From Vicinamibacteria bacterium (GTDB lineage: Bacteria > Acidobacteriota > Vicinamibacteria > Marinacidobacterales > Marinacidobacteraceae), in assembly GCA_963668695.2 (NCBI GenBank), contig CAXXLQ010000004.1:2944001-3008000 (forward strand): a DNA stretch of 64,000 nt, given 5' to 3'. Below the pieces are notes generated by a model. The model was given only the letters and a program-made list of their open reading frames with translations, had not been told where the DNA came from and ran no database searches. Position numbers and translations under genes: made by a program. This document shows positions 47,947-58,137 of this stretch, piece by piece. Each line of letters starts with the position of its first letter. Position 1 is the first letter of the stretch.

Positions 47947-49992
47947 ATGAGTTTCCTGGCGCCGCTCTTCCTGCTCGGAGGGCTGCTTGTCGCAATCCCG
48001 GTTGTCCTGCATCTGACCCGCCGAAGACGCGAGCCGGTCCCCTTTCCCTCGTTCCTGCTGCTCCAGATGACGAGCGCGACCGCGCGCTTCAAGCGGCGCC
48101 GCTTTCGGAACATTCCGCTGTTGATCCTCCGCTGCCTCGCTCTGCTGCTGCTCGCGGCCGCGTTTGCCAAGCCGGTGCTGCGCGGGGGGGTGCTCGCCGC
48201 CACCGGAGGGACGCCGCTGGATTTGGCGGTCCTCGTGGATCGCTCGCTGAGCATGACGGTGGGAGATCGCATGGAGGCGGCGCGCGAGGCCGCCGGTGAG
48301 GAATTGGGCGGCCTGGGCCGGGACGATCGGGCCATCGTGCTGGGGTTTGACGGGCGGCCGGCGGCGTACACCGAACTCACGGGGGATACGGGGGTTCTGC
48401 GGCAGGCGGTGGCTGGACTCTCGGCTGGAGGCGGAGGGACGAGTTTCGTGTCCGCGCTGGGCCTTGCGGGCCGGCTCCTGCCCGCGACCTCGGGACGGCG
48501 CCGGGAAGTGGTGCTGATCTCCGATCTCCAGCGGAGCGGTTTCGAAGATGGCCGGCCGCAGCCCAGTCTGCCGCCCGGCGTTGAACTCCGGGTTCGACAC
48601 GTGGGCCGGACACCGCCGGCGAATGCCTGGATCGCCGAGGTGACGGTGGCGCCCGCCGGGCGGGAGCAACTCGTCGTGTCCGCCGAGATTCGCTTCGCCC
48701 CATCTTCCCAGCGGCCGGAATGGGACGGCGAAGTGGAGCTCCTGCTTTCGGGCAGGACGGTGGAACGGCAAAGTCTGACGGCCAGTGCCGACCGGTTGGC
48801 TACCGCAAGGTTTTCGCCGGTCCTGCGTCCGAGCGAACCCCTCGCGGCGGAGGTGCGGCTTCCGGAGGACGCCCTCGCGGGTGATGACCGTTTCCACTTC
48901 GTGATCCATCCGGAGGCCGCCATTCGGGTCGCCGATCTCGGAGGGAGTCCGCCTTCGGTGTACGTCCGGGAAGCGCTGGGGGTCGGCGTTGCTCCCGGTT
49001 TTCTTCTCGACCAAGCCCCCGTACGGGGAGAAGGGGCGGTGCGGGGCGCGCTGGAAGGAAGCCGGGTAGCGCTCGTCCGCGATCCCGGGCGCCTCGACGC
49101 GGGCGCCATGCGCGCGGTCGGAGAATTCGTGGAGCAGGGGGGAGGTCTGGTAATGGCGATGGGACCGCGGCGTCTCTCGCGAGCCGCCGCCACCGAACTC
49201 GAAACGTTCGCACCGGCGCTGCCGGGAGAATTCGTGGACCGCGATCCGGCCGGGAGACTCGCGGATTTCGCCGCCCGACATCCGGTCTTCGAGCCCTTTG
49301 GGGAGCGAGGCCCCGCGGGGCTCGGCAGCCTCGCCTTCTTCCGCTATCGGACCTTTTCCGGGGTCTCCCCGGACGCCGGAATCCTGGCGCGCTTTGACGA
49401 CGGAAAACCGGCAATCATCGAGTCGGTCCGGGGCGAGGGACGGATCCTTTTCTTCGCCTCCTCACTCGATGCGGAATGGACCGATCTCCCGCGCCGACCC
49501 GCGTTCGTGCCGTTCCTGCACCGGATGGTGGAGGTGGCGGCCGGCTACGAGCGGATCCCGATCGCCTACCGGGTGGGGGAAAGCGTGGATCCGGAAAGCG
49601 CTTTCCGCCTTTCCCCAGGCGCTTCCGGCGAGGCTGGCGAGATCCTCGCCGACTCCCCTTCCGGGGAGCGCACGATCCTGACCGGCACCGGCGCCCTCCG
49701 TCTGGAAGAGCCGGGGCTCTACCGCGCCAGACGCCCGGAAGCGGCGGCGTTTCGGCAGATCGGGGTGAATCCGCCTCTCGTGGAGTCCGACCTTCGCGCC
49801 CTCGATCCCACCGAGGTGCGGATGGCGGCAGCGGCTCGACCGGAGCCGGAGAGCGAAGTCGCCGCTACCCAGGCCACGCCGGAGTTGCCGGGACGCGCCG
49901 TCTGGTGGCTGCTGCTTGGCGGGCTCGTGCTCCTGCTGGCGAGCGAAGCCTGGGCCGCGAACCGCAGCGTGGCTCCGGCGCTGCCCGAATGA
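47947..49992 (+). CDS. BatA-type N-terminal double-TM + VWA domain protein
   Basis: MSFLAPLFLLGGLLVAIPVVLHL...PFPS...LLILRCLALLLLAAAFAKP; VDRSLSM; LISDLQ; C-terminal TM. Confidence 0.85.
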   Translation: MSFLAPLFLLGGLLVAIPVVLHLTRRRREPVPFPSFLLLQMTSATARFKRRRFRNIPLLILRCLALLLLAAAFAKPVLRGGVLAATGGTPLDLAVLVDRSLSMTVGDRMEAAREAAGEELGGLGRDDRAIVLGFDGRPAAYTELTGDTGVLRQAVAGLSAGGGGTSFVSALGLAGRLLPATSGRRREVVLISDLQRSGFEDGRPQPSLPPGVELRVRHVGRTPPANAWIAEVTVAPAGREQLVVSAEIRFAPSSQRPEWDGEVELLLSGRTVERQSLTASADRLATARFSPVLRPSEPLAAEVRLPEDALAGDDRFHFVIHPEAAIRVADLGGSPPSVYVREALGVGVAPGFLLDQAPVRGEGAVRGALEGSRVALVRDPGRLDAGAMRAVGEFVEQGGGLVMAMGPRRLSRAAATELETFAPALPGEFVDRDPAGRLADFAARHPVFEPFGERGPAGLGSLAFFRYRTFSGVSPDAGILARFDDGKPAIIESVRGEGRILFFASSLDAEWTDLPRRPAFVPFLHRMVEVAAGYERIPIAYRVGESVDPESAFRLSPGASGEAGEILADSPSGERTILTGTGALRLEEPGLYRARRPEAAAFRQIGVNPPLVESDLRALDPTEVRMAAAARPEPESEVAATQATPELPGRAVWWLLLGGLVLLLASEAWAANRSVAPALPE

Positions 49993-50065
49993 GACGGCTC
50001 CCGAGCGCACCCGACCGCGGTGCCTATACTGCGCAAGCGCCCTTTCCATCGCGAGCCCCCTTTCC

Positions 50066-53000
50066 ATGACACCCCTCGGGTTGCATTCGTCACCGCAGTC
50101 GTCCTACGAGGATCTCCTGCGGGTCATCCGGCGCGTGCGGACCCGGTGGCGGACCCGGCGTCTCATCCTCGGCGTCACCATGGTGGGTGTCGCGGCGGTG
50201 CTCGTCGTCGGTGTCTCCTCGGCCGCGATGGACGCGCTGCGTTACGCCCCGTGGGTGGTGAGGGGCTTGCAGGCGGCGGCATGGCTTGCCTTCGGGGTGG
50301 CCGTCTGGCGTTTCCTGGTCCGGCCGCTTCGTTTCCGGGTCACCGATCAGCAGGTGGCGCTCTACGTCGAGGAGCACGACCCCACGCTCCGCGAGGCGGT
50401 GATCAGTGGCGTGGAACTCGGCCAGCGAAGTCCAGCGGCAGGCGCCGACGGCGACGGGATTTCCACCGACCTCACCCGATTGGTGGTGGAGGAGGCGATA
50501 CGCCGGTTAGAGACGCTGAAGGAGGGTCGCCTCGTCGAGGCCTCCGGGCTCCGGCGGGCCGCCGGGGCGCTGGCCACCGTCGGTGGGGTGGCGATTGTGG
50601 CTTCGCTTCTCGCTCCTTCGGCGCTGCTTCGCGGAGCCGCCCTGCTCCTCACGCCCTGGGCCGACATCACCGACGCGAACCCGTACCGGATAAATGTGGA
50701 GCCGGGGGATGCGGCGGTGGCGCGCGACTCGGATCGCTGGATCGAGGCCCGGCTCGAAGGGTTCACCGCCGCGCGGGCGGACCTGCGGACCCGCGTCGCG
50801 GGAACGGCGGTTTGGGAATCGATCCCGATGGTGCCCGATCCCGAGGACGGCGCCTTTCGGCATCTCCTGCTCGGGATTCCGGACGCGACGGACTATTACG
50901 TCGACGCGGACGGGGTGCTCTCTCCGACGTTTCGGATCGAGGTCGAGGATGTCCCCTACGTGGCGCAGATCGGGCTTACCTACCGTTATCCGGACCACAC
51001 CGGCCTCAGCCCTCGGGAAGTCGAGGACGGAGGGGACATCGCCGCCGTGGCCGGCACCGTGGTGGAACTGGAAGTGATCCCCACGGTCCCGGCGGCGGCC
51101 GGCGTCCTGCGGCTGGAGCCGGGACCGGTGGAAATCGCCCTCGAGGCCGGGACGCCGGAGGAATCGCCATCCGGGGCGGGCTCGGAAGTGTTGACCGCGA
51201 CCCTCACGCTCGCCGAGACGGGGTCTTACCGGGTCGCGCTCGCCGGGCCGGACAAAAACCTGCGAACCGCGTCCCGGGACTACCTGATCGAAGTTCTCGA
51301 GGACATGCCGCCCATCGTGCGATTCGTGCGGCCGGGAAGGGACAGCCAGGCAAATCCGGTAGAAGAGGTATTCGTCGAAGTGCTGGCCGAAGACGACTAT
51401 GCGGTCCGGCGGCTCGAGATGCGGGTTTCCGTCAACGGAGGGGAAGAAACCCGCGAGGTGTTGGCGGCCGGAGGAACCCGGGAGGAGATCCAATCGGGAC
51501 ACACGCTGTTCCTCGAGGAACACGACCTCGTTCCGGGAGACCTCGTCTCCTACTATGCGGTGGCGCGGGACGGGGCCGGCGCGGAAGCCTCGACCGACAT
51601 GTTCTTCATCGCGGTCAAGCCGTTTGACCGAACCTTCCGGCAGGGGGACGCCATGCCTGGCGGAGGCGGAGGCGCCGGGGATGGGCTCGACGGCACCTTG
51701 AGCATGCGCCAGAAGCAGGTCGTGGTGGCCACCTTCAAGGTTCTCCGGGACCGCGAGGGAATGCCCGCCAGCGCGGTTACCGAAACCGTCGCCACCATCG
51801 GTCTGGCCCAGGGGCGCCTGCGGGAACAGGTCGAGACGCTCACCCGGCGCCTCCGGAACCGCGGAATTGGGGCGAGCCCGGAGTTTGCCGAAATCGTGGA
51901 CCACCTCGATGCGGGTCTCGTCGAGATGACGGTTGCCGAAGAGCTGCTGGTGTCCGGCGAGCCCGAAGACGCCCTCCCCCGCGAACAGAAGGCGCTGACC
52001 CACTTGCAGCGCGCGGACGCCGTGTTCCGTGACGTCCAGATCGCCTTTGGACAGGGTGGTGGCGGTGGTGGTGGTGGCGCCCCACCGGTACAGGCGGAGG
52101 ATCTGGCGAACCTCTTCGAACTGGAGATGGACAAACTCCGAAACCAGTACGAGACGGTGGAACAGCAACAGCGTTCCTCCGCGGACAACGAAGTGGATGA
52201 AGTACTCCAGCGGCTGGCGGAGTTGGCCCGCCGCCAGGAGCAGGAGAACGAACGCATTCGCCGCGGCGTCCGCCCATCCGGCGGCGGGGCCGGCTCGGCC
52301 CAGAACCAACTGGCCGCCGAAACCGAAGATGTCGCCCGGCGGCTTGAGCGTCTGGCTCGCGAACGTTCCCGTCCTGACCTCGCGGCGGTCTCGCGCAGGC
52401 TGCGGGATGCGGCGCAGGACATGCGGTCCGCCAGCGGGGGAAACAGTGGCGAGGGGCTCGAGAGCGCTCTGTCCGCCGCGAACGCCCTGCGCGGCGCGCG
52501 GCGCGACCTCGACGGACAGCGGCGCGCTCGTCTCGGGCGCGATGTGGACGCCGCGCTTGACGAGACGAGACGGCTCCGGACCGCACAAGACCGGATCCGC
52601 TCCGCTGTCCAGGATCTCGAAGGGGAGCGGTCCAGGGAGGCCATCGCCAATGTTTCGGGGCAGAAGCAGGAGCTGGCCGAGCGCGTCCAGCGATTGGAAC
52701 AGCGACTCGACGAGGTCAGTCGCGACTGGAGCCGGGATGAACCCGAGGCGTCGCGGGCCGTCGGGGACGCCGCGGACGGGATCCGGGACCGCAAGCTGAA
52801 GGAGAAGATCCATTACTCCCGCGGGGTCGCCGCGCAGCGGTCGCCGGAGTACGCGGATCAGTACGAATCGATGATCGCCGGCGATCTGGAAGCGCTGGAG
52901 CAGGACCTCTCGGCCGCCCGCGAAGCGGTGGAGGGATCGGATCGGGCGGGCCGGGACGATGTGCTCGACCGGGCGGCGAGTCTCGTCAGGGGCCTTGAGG

Positions 53001-53479
53001 CGATGCGGAACCGCCTCGCGGACCGGGGGGAACAGTCAGAATCCGCACCGGGCTCCGAGGAAGCGGGAGCCGCCGAAGGGCAGGGCGGGACCGTGGGGGG
53101 TACGGGGGGCGGCGCCGAGGGCCGGGAGGCCCGCCAGCTCCAGCGCGAGCTCGAACGCCGCGCGCAGGACGCGGAAGCTCTGCGCCGGGAGTTGACCGGT
53201 ATCGGGCCGAGCGGCAACGGCGGGGCCGAACGTCTCGGGCAGGTGGTTGCGGCGCTCCGCGGCCTGAACCCCGAACGGTTGACGGGAGATCCCCGAGGGA
53301 TGGAAATCCTGGAGGCCGAAGTGCTGGACACTCTCCGTCAGCTTGAGTTCGAACTGCGCCGCGCCCTTGCGGGAGGTTCGGGAGCGGATGTCCTTACCGG
53401 CTCGAGCGACCGCGCACCCGAGGGGTACCGCGAGATGGTCGAGGAGTACTTCCGGGCTCTCAGCCGCCAACCGGAATAA
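50066..53479 (+). CDS. Large membrane-anchored coiled-coil protein (DUF4175-like)
   Basis: Three N-terminal TMs; Ig-like region (YPDHTGL, DMPPIV, AEDDYAV, LVPGDLVSYY); long helical region; C-terminal PEGYREMVEEYFRAL. Confidence 0.72.
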   Translation: MTPLGLHSSPQSSYEDLLRVIRRVRTRWRTRRLILGVTMVGVAAVLVVGVSSAAMDALRYAPWVVRGLQAAAWLAFGVAVWRFLVRPLRFRVTDQQVALYVEEHDPTLREAVISGVELGQRSPAAGADGDGISTDLTRLVVEEAIRRLETLKEGRLVEASGLRRAAGALATVGGVAIVASLLAPSALLRGAALLLTPWADITDANPYRINVEPGDAAVARDSDRWIEARLEGFTAARADLRTRVAGTAVWESIPMVPDPEDGAFRHLLLGIPDATDYYVDADGVLSPTFRIEVEDVPYVAQIGLTYRYPDHTGLSPREVEDGGDIAAVAGTVVELEVIPTVPAAAGVLRLEPGPVEIALEAGTPEESPSGAGSEVLTATLTLAETGSYRVALAGPDKNLRTASRDYLIEVLEDMPPIVRFVRPGRDSQANPVEEVFVEVLAEDDYAVRRLEMRVSVNGGEETREVLAAGGTREEIQSGHTLFLEEHDLVPGDLVSYYAVARDGAGAEASTDMFFIAVKPFDRTFRQGDAMPGGGGGAGDGLDGTLSMRQKQVVVATFKVLRDREGMPASAVTETVATIGLAQGRLREQVETLTRRLRNRGIGASPEFAEIVDHLDAGLVEMTVAEELLVSGEPEDALPREQKALTHLQRADAVFRDVQIAFGQGGGGGGGGAPPVQAEDLANLFELEMDKLRNQYETVEQQQRSSADNEVDEVLQRLAELARRQEQENERIRRGVRPSGGGAGSAQNQLAAETEDVARRLERLARERSRPDLAAVSRRLRDAAQDMRSASGGNSGEGLESALSAANALRGARRDLDGQRRARLGRDVDAALDETRRLRTAQDRIRSAVQDLEGERSREAIANVSGQKQELAERVQRLEQRLDEVSRDWSRDEPEASRAVGDAADGIRDRKLKEKIHYSRGVAAQRSPEYADQYESMIAGDLEALEQDLSAAREAVEGSDRAGRDDVLDRAASLVRGLEAMRNRLADRGEQSESAPGSEEAGAAEGQGGTVGGTGGGAEGREARQLQRELERRAQDAEALRRELTGIGPSGNGGAERLGQVVAALRGLNPERLTGDPRGMEILEAEVLDTLRQLEFELRRALAGGSGADVLTGSSDRAPEGYREMVEEYFRALSRQPE

Positions 53480-53590
53480 CAGGGAACGCCGGCGTTCACA
53501 CCGGCACCGCTACGCGACAGCGCAGCGAGACCGCGTATCGCTGAGGGGGTAGAAGCGCGGGGACGGCTTGGAACGCCGACCTCCAGGTCG

Positions 53591-53612
53591 GCCCCGCCCC
53601 GCGGGGCGGGGC
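53591..53612. terminator. Perfect 22-bp GC palindrome between convergent genes, possible bidirectional terminator
   Basis: GCCCCGCCCCGCGGGGCGGGGC; no U-tract. Confidence 0.4.
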
Positions 53613-53644
53613 GAGACGCAGACTGCCGTTCCCGTTTGGCGGTG

Positions 53645-55102
53645 CTACCGCCGTGACGTCGGAAACACCACGACGCTCTCGTTTCCGTCGGCGCCGACCG
53701 TAGCTACTCCGAACAGGTAGTTGTCAATGACGAGGTTCTCGAACGTGAACTCCGTCACGTCCCCCACGAACCTCGCATCCGTCCATTGGGGCGCGGTGGT
53801 ATCTCGCCAATAGACGCGGTAACCCGCAAGATTCTCCGACGGCGCCGGATCCCACGACAGGACGGCGGACGCCCGGACCGCCCCGGCAATGCCGACGTTC
53901 GCCGGCGGCGCCGGGGCCCAGGCGAGCCCGGCAAGGGTGATCACGTTGACTCCGGTCAGCTTCGCGGCGTAGTCGAAGTTCACTCCTTCGATCACATCCC
54001 CGTACTCGATTCCGTCCTCGACCCGGATGTCCTGATGTTGGCGCCGGTAGTTCTCGTGCGTTTCCATGATGCGGACGCCGGGGAAGCCGGCGTCGTTGAA
54101 AGGACGATGGTGGCCGCCGCGTCCGAAGCGATCGAGCCGGTAGATCATCTTCGCCTCGAGATTCGGGATGTAGAGGTCGGTCATCCGGGCGACGTAGCGC
54201 GCGAGCTGCCGGGAAACCCCGTCGACCTCGCCCCCGGTGACGCGCCTCCGCCGCCGGGACTCGTCGCTCTCGGTAACCGGGGTCGGCTCCGAAAACACCC
54301 GGAAAACATCGTTGCGGATCACTCCGTCCACCCCCTCGATGTTCCCGATCATGTCGTTGTTCAGGACGGCTTCGATGTTCCAGCGCTGCTCCCGGGCGAC
54401 GCTGGCCATATACCGGCCGCCATAGAGCCCCTGCTCCTCTCCGGAGAGACCGGTCAGGATGATGGTGGCGGCAAAAGAGCCGGCGTGTTGGCTCAGCACC
54501 CGGGCGGCCTCGATCACGCCGGCCATCCCGCTCGCGTTGTCGTTGGCCCCGGGAGAATCGTCCGTGAAGTTGTTCGAGTCCGAGATGCGGCTGTCGATGT
54601 CGCCGGACATGATCACGTAGCGGTTCGGTTCGGTCGCTCCCCGAAGGGTCGCCAGCACGTTCACGACTTCGGTGTCCACCGGAATACGTGATCCCTCTTC
54701 TCCAGGGATCACGGTGCTCTGGTAGGAGACCTCAATGCAACCCCCGCACGCATCGGAGATCTGGGTGAGTTCCGCGTGAATCCAGCGCCGCGCGGCGCCG
54801 ATACCGCGGATCTCGCTCTCGGTATCGGAAAGTGTGTGCCGGGTTCCGAACCCCACCAGCGTGCGGATGTCGGCTTCGATCCGGTCCGCGGAAACGGCCT
54901 CGATGAGGTCGTACATCCGGGGATCCCGGGCGGGGGGTTCACCGGACTGGGCGAGGCCAGCCGCCGGCAGGGCCAAGCCAGCCGCCGGCAGGGCCAAGCC
55001 AGCCGCCGGCAGGGCCAAGCCAGCCGCCGGCAGGGCCAAGCCAGCCGCCGGCAGGGCCAGGGACAGCAGAAGGGGAAGGAACGGAAGAACGCGCAGTGAC
55101 AT
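53645..55102 (-). CDS. Secreted M28-family metallopeptidase with C-terminal FN3-like domain
   Basis: FGTRHTLS; GDIDSR; PGANDNASG; SGEEQGL; NNDMIG; DRFGRGGHH; HQD. Confidence 0.88.
   Translation of the reverse strand: MSLRVLPFLPLLLSLALPAAGLALPAAGLALPAAGLALPAAGLALPAAGLAQSGEPPARDPRMYDLIEAVSADRIEADIRTLVGFGTRHTLSDTESEIRGIGAARRWIHAELTQISDACGGCIEVSYQSTVIPGEEGSRIPVDTEVVNVLATLRGATEPNRYVIMSGDIDSRISDSNNFTDDSPGANDNASGMAGVIEAARVLSQHAGSFAATIILTGLSGEEQGLYGGRYMASVAREQRWNIEAVLNNDMIGNIEGVDGVIRNDVFRVFSEPTPVTESDESRRRRRVTGGEVDGVSRQLARYVARMTDLYIPNLEAKMIYRLDRFGRGGHHRPFNDAGFPGVRIMETHENYRRQHQDIRVEDGIEYGDVIEGVNFDYAAKLTGVNVITLAGLAWAPAPPANVGIAGAVRASAVLSWDPAPSENLAGYRVYWRDTTAPQWTDARFVGDVTEFTFENLVIDNYLFGVATVGADGNESVVVFPTSRR
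54956..55060 (-). repeat. Coding tandem repeat, 5 x 21 bp (LALPAAG), in the signal peptide region
   Basis: GCCAGCCGCCGGCAGGGCCAA x5 on the + strand; last unit has 1 mismatch. Confidence 0.93.
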
Positions 55103-55163
55103 GCGTCTGGTTGTATCACCTCCGGGGCTTCCGCCGTGCGTGCGAGGGGAGCCCTTCCCGCCG

Positions 55164-55676
55164 TCAGCCGGACGAGGTGTGGTCGTGCGAGATCTTCCAG
55201 CCGTCCCGAGTGCGCTCGAAAAGGAGAGTGAACAGGCCGGTGGGGGCGTCGTTTTCCCGAGCGAGGTTGTAGCGCCCGAACACGAACACATACTCGTCGG
55301 AGAGAATCCGAACGTCGAGGTCGGTAAAGGTCAGCACTCCCATGGCCGCCCGGTCTGGATAGGTCCGGCGGTAGCGGTCGAGCACATCCTCCGTGCCGTA
55401 GCGGACGCTTCCGCCCGAAACGAACCGCATGCTCGGAGAGTCCAGATAGTCGGCAACGAAGGTGACGAGGTCGCCCTCGTTCCAGGCAGCCGACTGCTGT
55501 TCCATGAGCGCGCGGATGTCCGCTTCGATGGCGGCCGCCGCCTCGGGGGTGACCACGTGACGCTCCTCGGGAGCGGCGTCGCCGGAACCCCCGCTGGAGC
55601 CCGGCGGGGCGGCACAGGCCCCGGCGAGGAGGATCGAGAGTCCAAGGGAGATCACATGGTTCCGCATCTTGAGCAT
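55164..55676 (-). CDS. NTF2/SnoaL-like (DUF4440/YybH) lipoprotein
   Basis: Lipobox LAGAC; AWNEGDL..F...Y; GLFTLLF....GWKISHDHTS. Confidence 0.85.
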   Translation of the reverse strand: MLKMRNHVISLGLSILLAGACAAPPGSSGGSGDAAPEERHVVTPEAAAAIEADIRALMEQQSAAWNEGDLVTFVADYLDSPSMRFVSGGSVRYGTEDVLDRYRRTYPDRAAMGVLTFTDLDVRILSDEYVFVFGRYNLARENDAPTGLFTLLFERTRDGWKISHDHTSSG

Positions 55677-55712
55677 GGTAGCGACCGGGGCGCGCGCTAC
55701 GATGGACCTGAG

Positions 55713-55882
55713 CAGCCTGCAATCAAGACCGCACGGTGTTCGAACGGTGATGCATCCCGGCTGAGTCGCTTCGCTCTGCGTTGCGATCCGGTCGGAATAC
55801 AGCGGGTATTCCACCCAAATCGCGCCTTGTCAGCCGGGCGCCTGACCGTTCTCGGCGCTCGCGCCGTCGTATCCACCGGCTG
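55713..55882 (+). mobile_element. Diverged family A MITE, cassette-free
   Basis: CAGCCTG...CATCCCGGCTGA...GAATAC..GTATTC...CGCGCCTTGTCAGCCGGGCGCC...TATCCACCGGCTG then CTAG. Confidence 0.8.
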
Positions 55883-55903
55883 CTAGCCAGGAGGCGAGAG
55901 CGA

Positions 55904-56995
55904 ATGGCGTTTTATGACAATCCCGGGGGCAACGGGCCCTGGTCGGGACTCGGCGGGGGAGGCCCCGGCATGCCCGATCTGGAGGGCTTCTTGAAGCGTT
56001 TCGGCGGAGGCGCCCGACGAACGGCCCTGCGGGTCGCGATCGGGGTCGTGGTGGTGATCCTGTTTTTCACCTCGGTCTACCAGATCCAACCGGACGAAGC
56101 GGGGATCGTCACCCGGTTCGGCCGCTACACGCGGGTGACCGATCCGGGGCTGCACTTCGTCGTGCCCTTCCTCGAGTCGGTGACCAAGGTCCCGGTAGAG
56201 CGCCAACTCAAGGAGGAGTTCGGGTTCCGGACGGTCGAGGCGGGAACTCGGACCACCTACGACGACCGGCTGTTTCTCGATGAGTCCCTCATGCTCACCG
56301 GCGACCTGAACGTCGCGGTCGTCGAGTGGATCGTCCAGTTCAAGGTTCAGGATCCCCGGGCGTACCTGTTCAATGTCCGTGAGATCCGCTCGACATTCCG
56401 CGACATGAGCGAAGCCGCGATGCGGGATTCGGTCGGGGATCACAGCGTGGATGAGGTTCTGACCGTAGGCCGGGAACAGATCGCCGCCCGGGCGAAGGAT
56501 CTCCTTCAGGAGATGAACAATCACTACGAAACCGGCATCAGCGTCCAGCAACTCGTCCTCCAGGACGTGAACCCGCCGGATTCGGTGAAGCCGTCATTCA
56601 ACGAGGTGAACGAGGCGATTCAGGAGAAGGAGCGGCTTACCAACGAAGCGCTTGCCGACTACAACCAGGCGATCCCTCGGGCTCGCGGTGACGCCGAGCG
56701 GGTCATCCAGGAGGCCGAGGGCTACGCGGCGGAGCGGGTGAACCGGGCTCGGGGCGAGGCGGCCCGCTTTGAGGCCATCTATGCCGAGTACCGGAACGCG
56801 CCGCGGGTGACCAGAGTCAGGATGTATCTGGAGACCCTGTCCGAAGTCATGCCGAAACTCGGGCAAAAGGTGATCCTCGGTGAGAGCGGCGCGAACATCC
56901 TGCCGCTCCTCAACCTGAACGGCGCGCGGCGGCTACCACCCGATCCGGGTGGACCGGGCTCGGGCCAGCAGCCCGAACGGGAGGAATCACGATGA
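55904..56995 (+). CDS. hflK: FtsH protease modulator HflK
   Basis: AGGAGG RBS; TM then SPFH domain; MLTGDLN; QDVNPP; IPRARG; YRNAPRVTRVRMYLET. Confidence 0.93.
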   Translation: MAFYDNPGGNGPWSGLGGGGPGMPDLEGFLKRFGGGARRTALRVAIGVVVVILFFTSVYQIQPDEAGIVTRFGRYTRVTDPGLHFVVPFLESVTKVPVERQLKEEFGFRTVEAGTRTTYDDRLFLDESLMLTGDLNVAVVEWIVQFKVQDPRAYLFNVREIRSTFRDMSEAAMRDSVGDHSVDEVLTVGREQIAARAKDLLQEMNNHYETGISVQQLVLQDVNPPDSVKPSFNEVNEAIQEKERLTNEALADYNQAIPRARGDAERVIQEAEGYAAERVNRARGEAARFEAIYAEYRNAPRVTRVRMYLETLSEVMPKLGQKVILGESGANILPLLNLNGARRLPPDPGGPGSGQQPEREESR

Positions 56996-57921
56996 AACGC
57001 ACGCTGCCGATCCTGGGGACTCTGGTGGGACTTATGCTCCTTTCCTCATCGACCTACACCATCCGTGAAACGGAACAGGCGATCATTACCCTGTTCGGCG
57101 ATCCGGTGGGCGATGCGATTGTGGAACCGGGCCTCCACTTCAAGCTCCCCTTCATTCATCGCGTAACCCGTTTCGACCAGCGCTGGCTGCCTTGGGACGG
57201 GGACGCCAACCAGATCACGACCCGCGACAAGAAGTTCATCTGGGTGGATACCTACGCACGCTGGCGGATCGCCGATCCGCTGCTGTTCTTCCAGTCGGTT
57301 CGCGACGAGCGCGGCGCCCAGAGCCGCCTCGACGACATCATCGACGGCGAAACCCGAAACGCGGTGGCGAGCTACGACCTGATCGAGATCGTGCGGATCA
57401 CGAACCGGAACTTTGAGATGACCGAGGACCTCATTTCCTTCGCCAACGAGGACGCCGTGCGGGAGATCGAGCTCGGGAGGAACGGGATCACCCGCAGCAT
57501 CCTGGAGAAGGCCTCGGAAGTCACCCCGAGCTTCGGCATCGAACTCGTGGATGTCCGCATCAAGCGGGTGAACTACGTGGAGGAAGTCCGGGCCAAGGTG
57601 TATGAGCGGATGATCTCGGAGCGCCAGCGGATCGCCGAACGCAGCCGTTCGGAGGGTCAGGGACGCGCCGCCGAGGTTCGCGGCCAGCGGGAGCGCGAAC
57701 TCAAGACCATCCAGTCGGAGGCTTTCCGCCAGGCTGAGGAGATTCGCGGCCGGGCCGATGCCGCGGCTTCCGCCATCTACGCGGGCGCCTACCAGCGCGA
57801 TGCCGACTTCTACCGGTTCATGAAATCCCTCGAGACCTATCGCACCGCCCTCGACGAAGGAGTCACCCTCGTCATCGGGAGCGACAGCGAATTCCTCGAT
57901 TTCCTCAGCCGGTCCCGCTGA
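56992..57921 (+). CDS. hflC: FtsH protease modulator HflC
   Basis: PGLHFKLPF; TRDKK; WRIADP; FGIELVDVRIKR; RMISER; RSEG; FYRFMKSLETY. Confidence 0.95.
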   Translation: MKRTLPILGTLVGLMLLSSSTYTIRETEQAIITLFGDPVGDAIVEPGLHFKLPFIHRVTRFDQRWLPWDGDANQITTRDKKFIWVDTYARWRIADPLLFFQSVRDERGAQSRLDDIIDGETRNAVASYDLIEIVRITNRNFEMTEDLISFANEDAVREIELGRNGITRSILEKASEVTPSFGIELVDVRIKRVNYVEEVRAKVYERMISERQRIAERSRSEGQGRAAEVRGQRERELKTIQSEAFRQAEEIRGRADAAASAIYAGAYQRDADFYRFMKSLETYRTALDEGVTLVIGSDSEFLDFLSRSR

Positions 57922-58137
57922 GGTCAGGCGGGCCCGCCGCGCGTTCCGAGACCTCCTGGGAACGCGCGGTCGGGGGCGAGCCATGTCCTCGACTCTCTGA
58001 CGCTCAGAAATCCGTTTCCGGCCGGCTCGTGCTTCGCCGGGCGGGATCGGGGGCCTCATCTCTTTCGCGTTGCTGCGCCCCGGTAGTTCCGGCATGATTC
58101 GGAGGCGCGGATTTCTTTCCCCCAAAGGTTGAGCCCC

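Noticed and set aside
52055-52079. (GGT/GGC)n run in the DUF4175-like gene
   Set aside because: Encodes an ordinary poly-Gly linker with mixed codons.
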